Below are positions 62,801-64,000 of a stretch of 64,000 bases of DNA, one piece after another (position 1 is the stretch's first letter; each line of letters opens with the position of its first letter). Made by a program: the position numbers and the translations under genes. The notes beneath the pieces were generated by a model. That model had not been told where the DNA came from and ran no database searches. It saw nothing but the letters and a program-made list of their open reading frames with translations. This DNA comes from Centroscyllium fabricii (Eukaryota): assembly GCA_051313645.2 (NCBI GenBank), contig JBNRSN020000004.1, forward strand, positions 186,248,001 through 186,312,000, in the 5' to 3' direction.

Positions 62801-64000
62801 TTTGGTAGTGCATGGGCTGGGTCTGTAGTGCATAGCGCTGCACTGTGTCGGGATTTATGAAGCTCTCTGCGCTACCGGTGTCGAACAGGCAGTTAGTGGC
62901 GTGCCCGTCCACCTTTATCCCCATCATGGAGTTGGACAAGGTGTGCGGCCTAACCTGATCGATGGTGGCTGAGGCCGAAGTGTGTGTGTGTGAGTGGGGG
63001 CCCTCTGCTAGCTGGGGCCCCGGCCGTGGCGGTTGGCAAGATGGCCGCTCAGAAGATGGCGGCGCTAGCGATTCGCACGTGTCTCACTGCTGTGGACAAG
63101 ATGGTGGTGCCCGTGGTTCGCACGCGGCTGACCGCTGTGGACAAGATGGTGGCGCCCGTGGTTCGCACGCGGCTGACCGCTGTGGACAAGATGGTGGTGC
63201 CCATGGTTCGCATGCTGCTGGCCTCTGTGGACAAGATGGCGGCGCCCGTGGTTCGCACGCGGCCGACCGCTGTGGGTAAGATTGCAGCGCCGGGGGGTCG
63301 CACATGACCGGTCGCAGTCGCGTTTGGGATGGCGGCGCCTGTGCCGTGCACGCGGCCGGCCTCTGCCGTACATTTAAAGGGGATTGAGGCACCCGCGATT
63401 TACCCCCGGCTGACCGCTGCTGGGTCACGCTGCAACACCGTACCTGTAGCCACGGAGTGGCGTCGCTGCTCTCACAGGGGTCTGGAGGTGGAGACCGGGC
63501 TGGATTTGCACGCCTTAGCGTAGTGCCTCTTCTTGGTGCACCGCGCGCAGGTTGTATTCTTCGCGGGGCACTGCGCCCACGGGTGCTTTCCTTGGCCGAA
63601 GAAGTAGCATCTGTGCCCCGTCGGCGCCTTCGCAGCCACCGCTGCCGTCGTGGGGGTCTCAGGCTGTCTCTGTGTTGCCCAAGGGTCAGGTGTACTTGCG
63701 TGGGAGTTGTGATCCCTGTATGCGTCCATCTTCTCAAGCGCCCTGTCCACCGCATTCGAAAGAGTTACAGCGGACTCGAGCGACAGTGTCTACTGCTCCA
63801 GCAGCCGCTGGCGGGCCTGGCTGGATCTGAGTTCTGCCACGTAGGCATCATGGACTAGAAGGCTCGCCTCTTCCTCCGCTGTCCTTGCCTTGCAGTCGCA
63901 GGCCCATACGAGGGCTTGCAGCGCTAGCAGGAATTGTCCATTAGACTCACTGAGTCATTGTCTTCTGGTCACCAGTACATGCCTGGCATAGACTGAGTGG
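59810..64000 (-). mobile_element. Gypsy element D (B family), defective; 5' end lies beyond the window
   Basis: 3' LTR 59810-60047 similar to the B LTR; PPT 60048-60062; integrase, RNase H, RT (YLDN), protease (LFDTGS) and gag with stops. Confidence 0.92.
63030..63305 (-). repeat. 45-bp in-frame tandem repeat at the gag-protease junction of D
   Basis: (GCTGTGGACAAGATGGYGGYGCCCGTGGTTCGCACGCGGCTGACC)n. Confidence 0.9.

Overview
This is vertebrate (probably shark/elasmobranch) genomic DNA, not prokaryotic, and it is dominated by nested transposable elements. The only host-gene piece I can support is one 91-nt minus-strand exon of diacylglycerol kinase beta (DGKB-like, 26178-26268), so the rest is probably intron. 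Elements present: a four-level nest at 1-9276 (Tigger-like MITE > Gypsy A > Gypsy B > Gypsy C); two near-full-length CsRn1-type Gypsy copies (17143-21597, 50013-54466); a minus-strand relative of Gypsy B (element D, 59810 to the window end); two Harbinger-type elements carrying MADF or Myb/SANT genes without an intact transposase; Penelope-like elements with minimal hammerhead ribozymes and fold-back ends; and many CR1/L2 LINEs, SINEs and MITEs. The strongest candidate for an undescribed system is in Gypsy B/C/D. B and C have no tRNA primer-binding site. Instead, the 13 nt at the PBS position are the exact reverse complement of an LTR-internal 13-mer covering the poly(A) signal, and three differences between B and C are all compensated. 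This points to tRNA-independent self-priming and/or poly(A)-signal occlusion. All family and gene calls come from reading the sequence and recalling known families; no database search was run.
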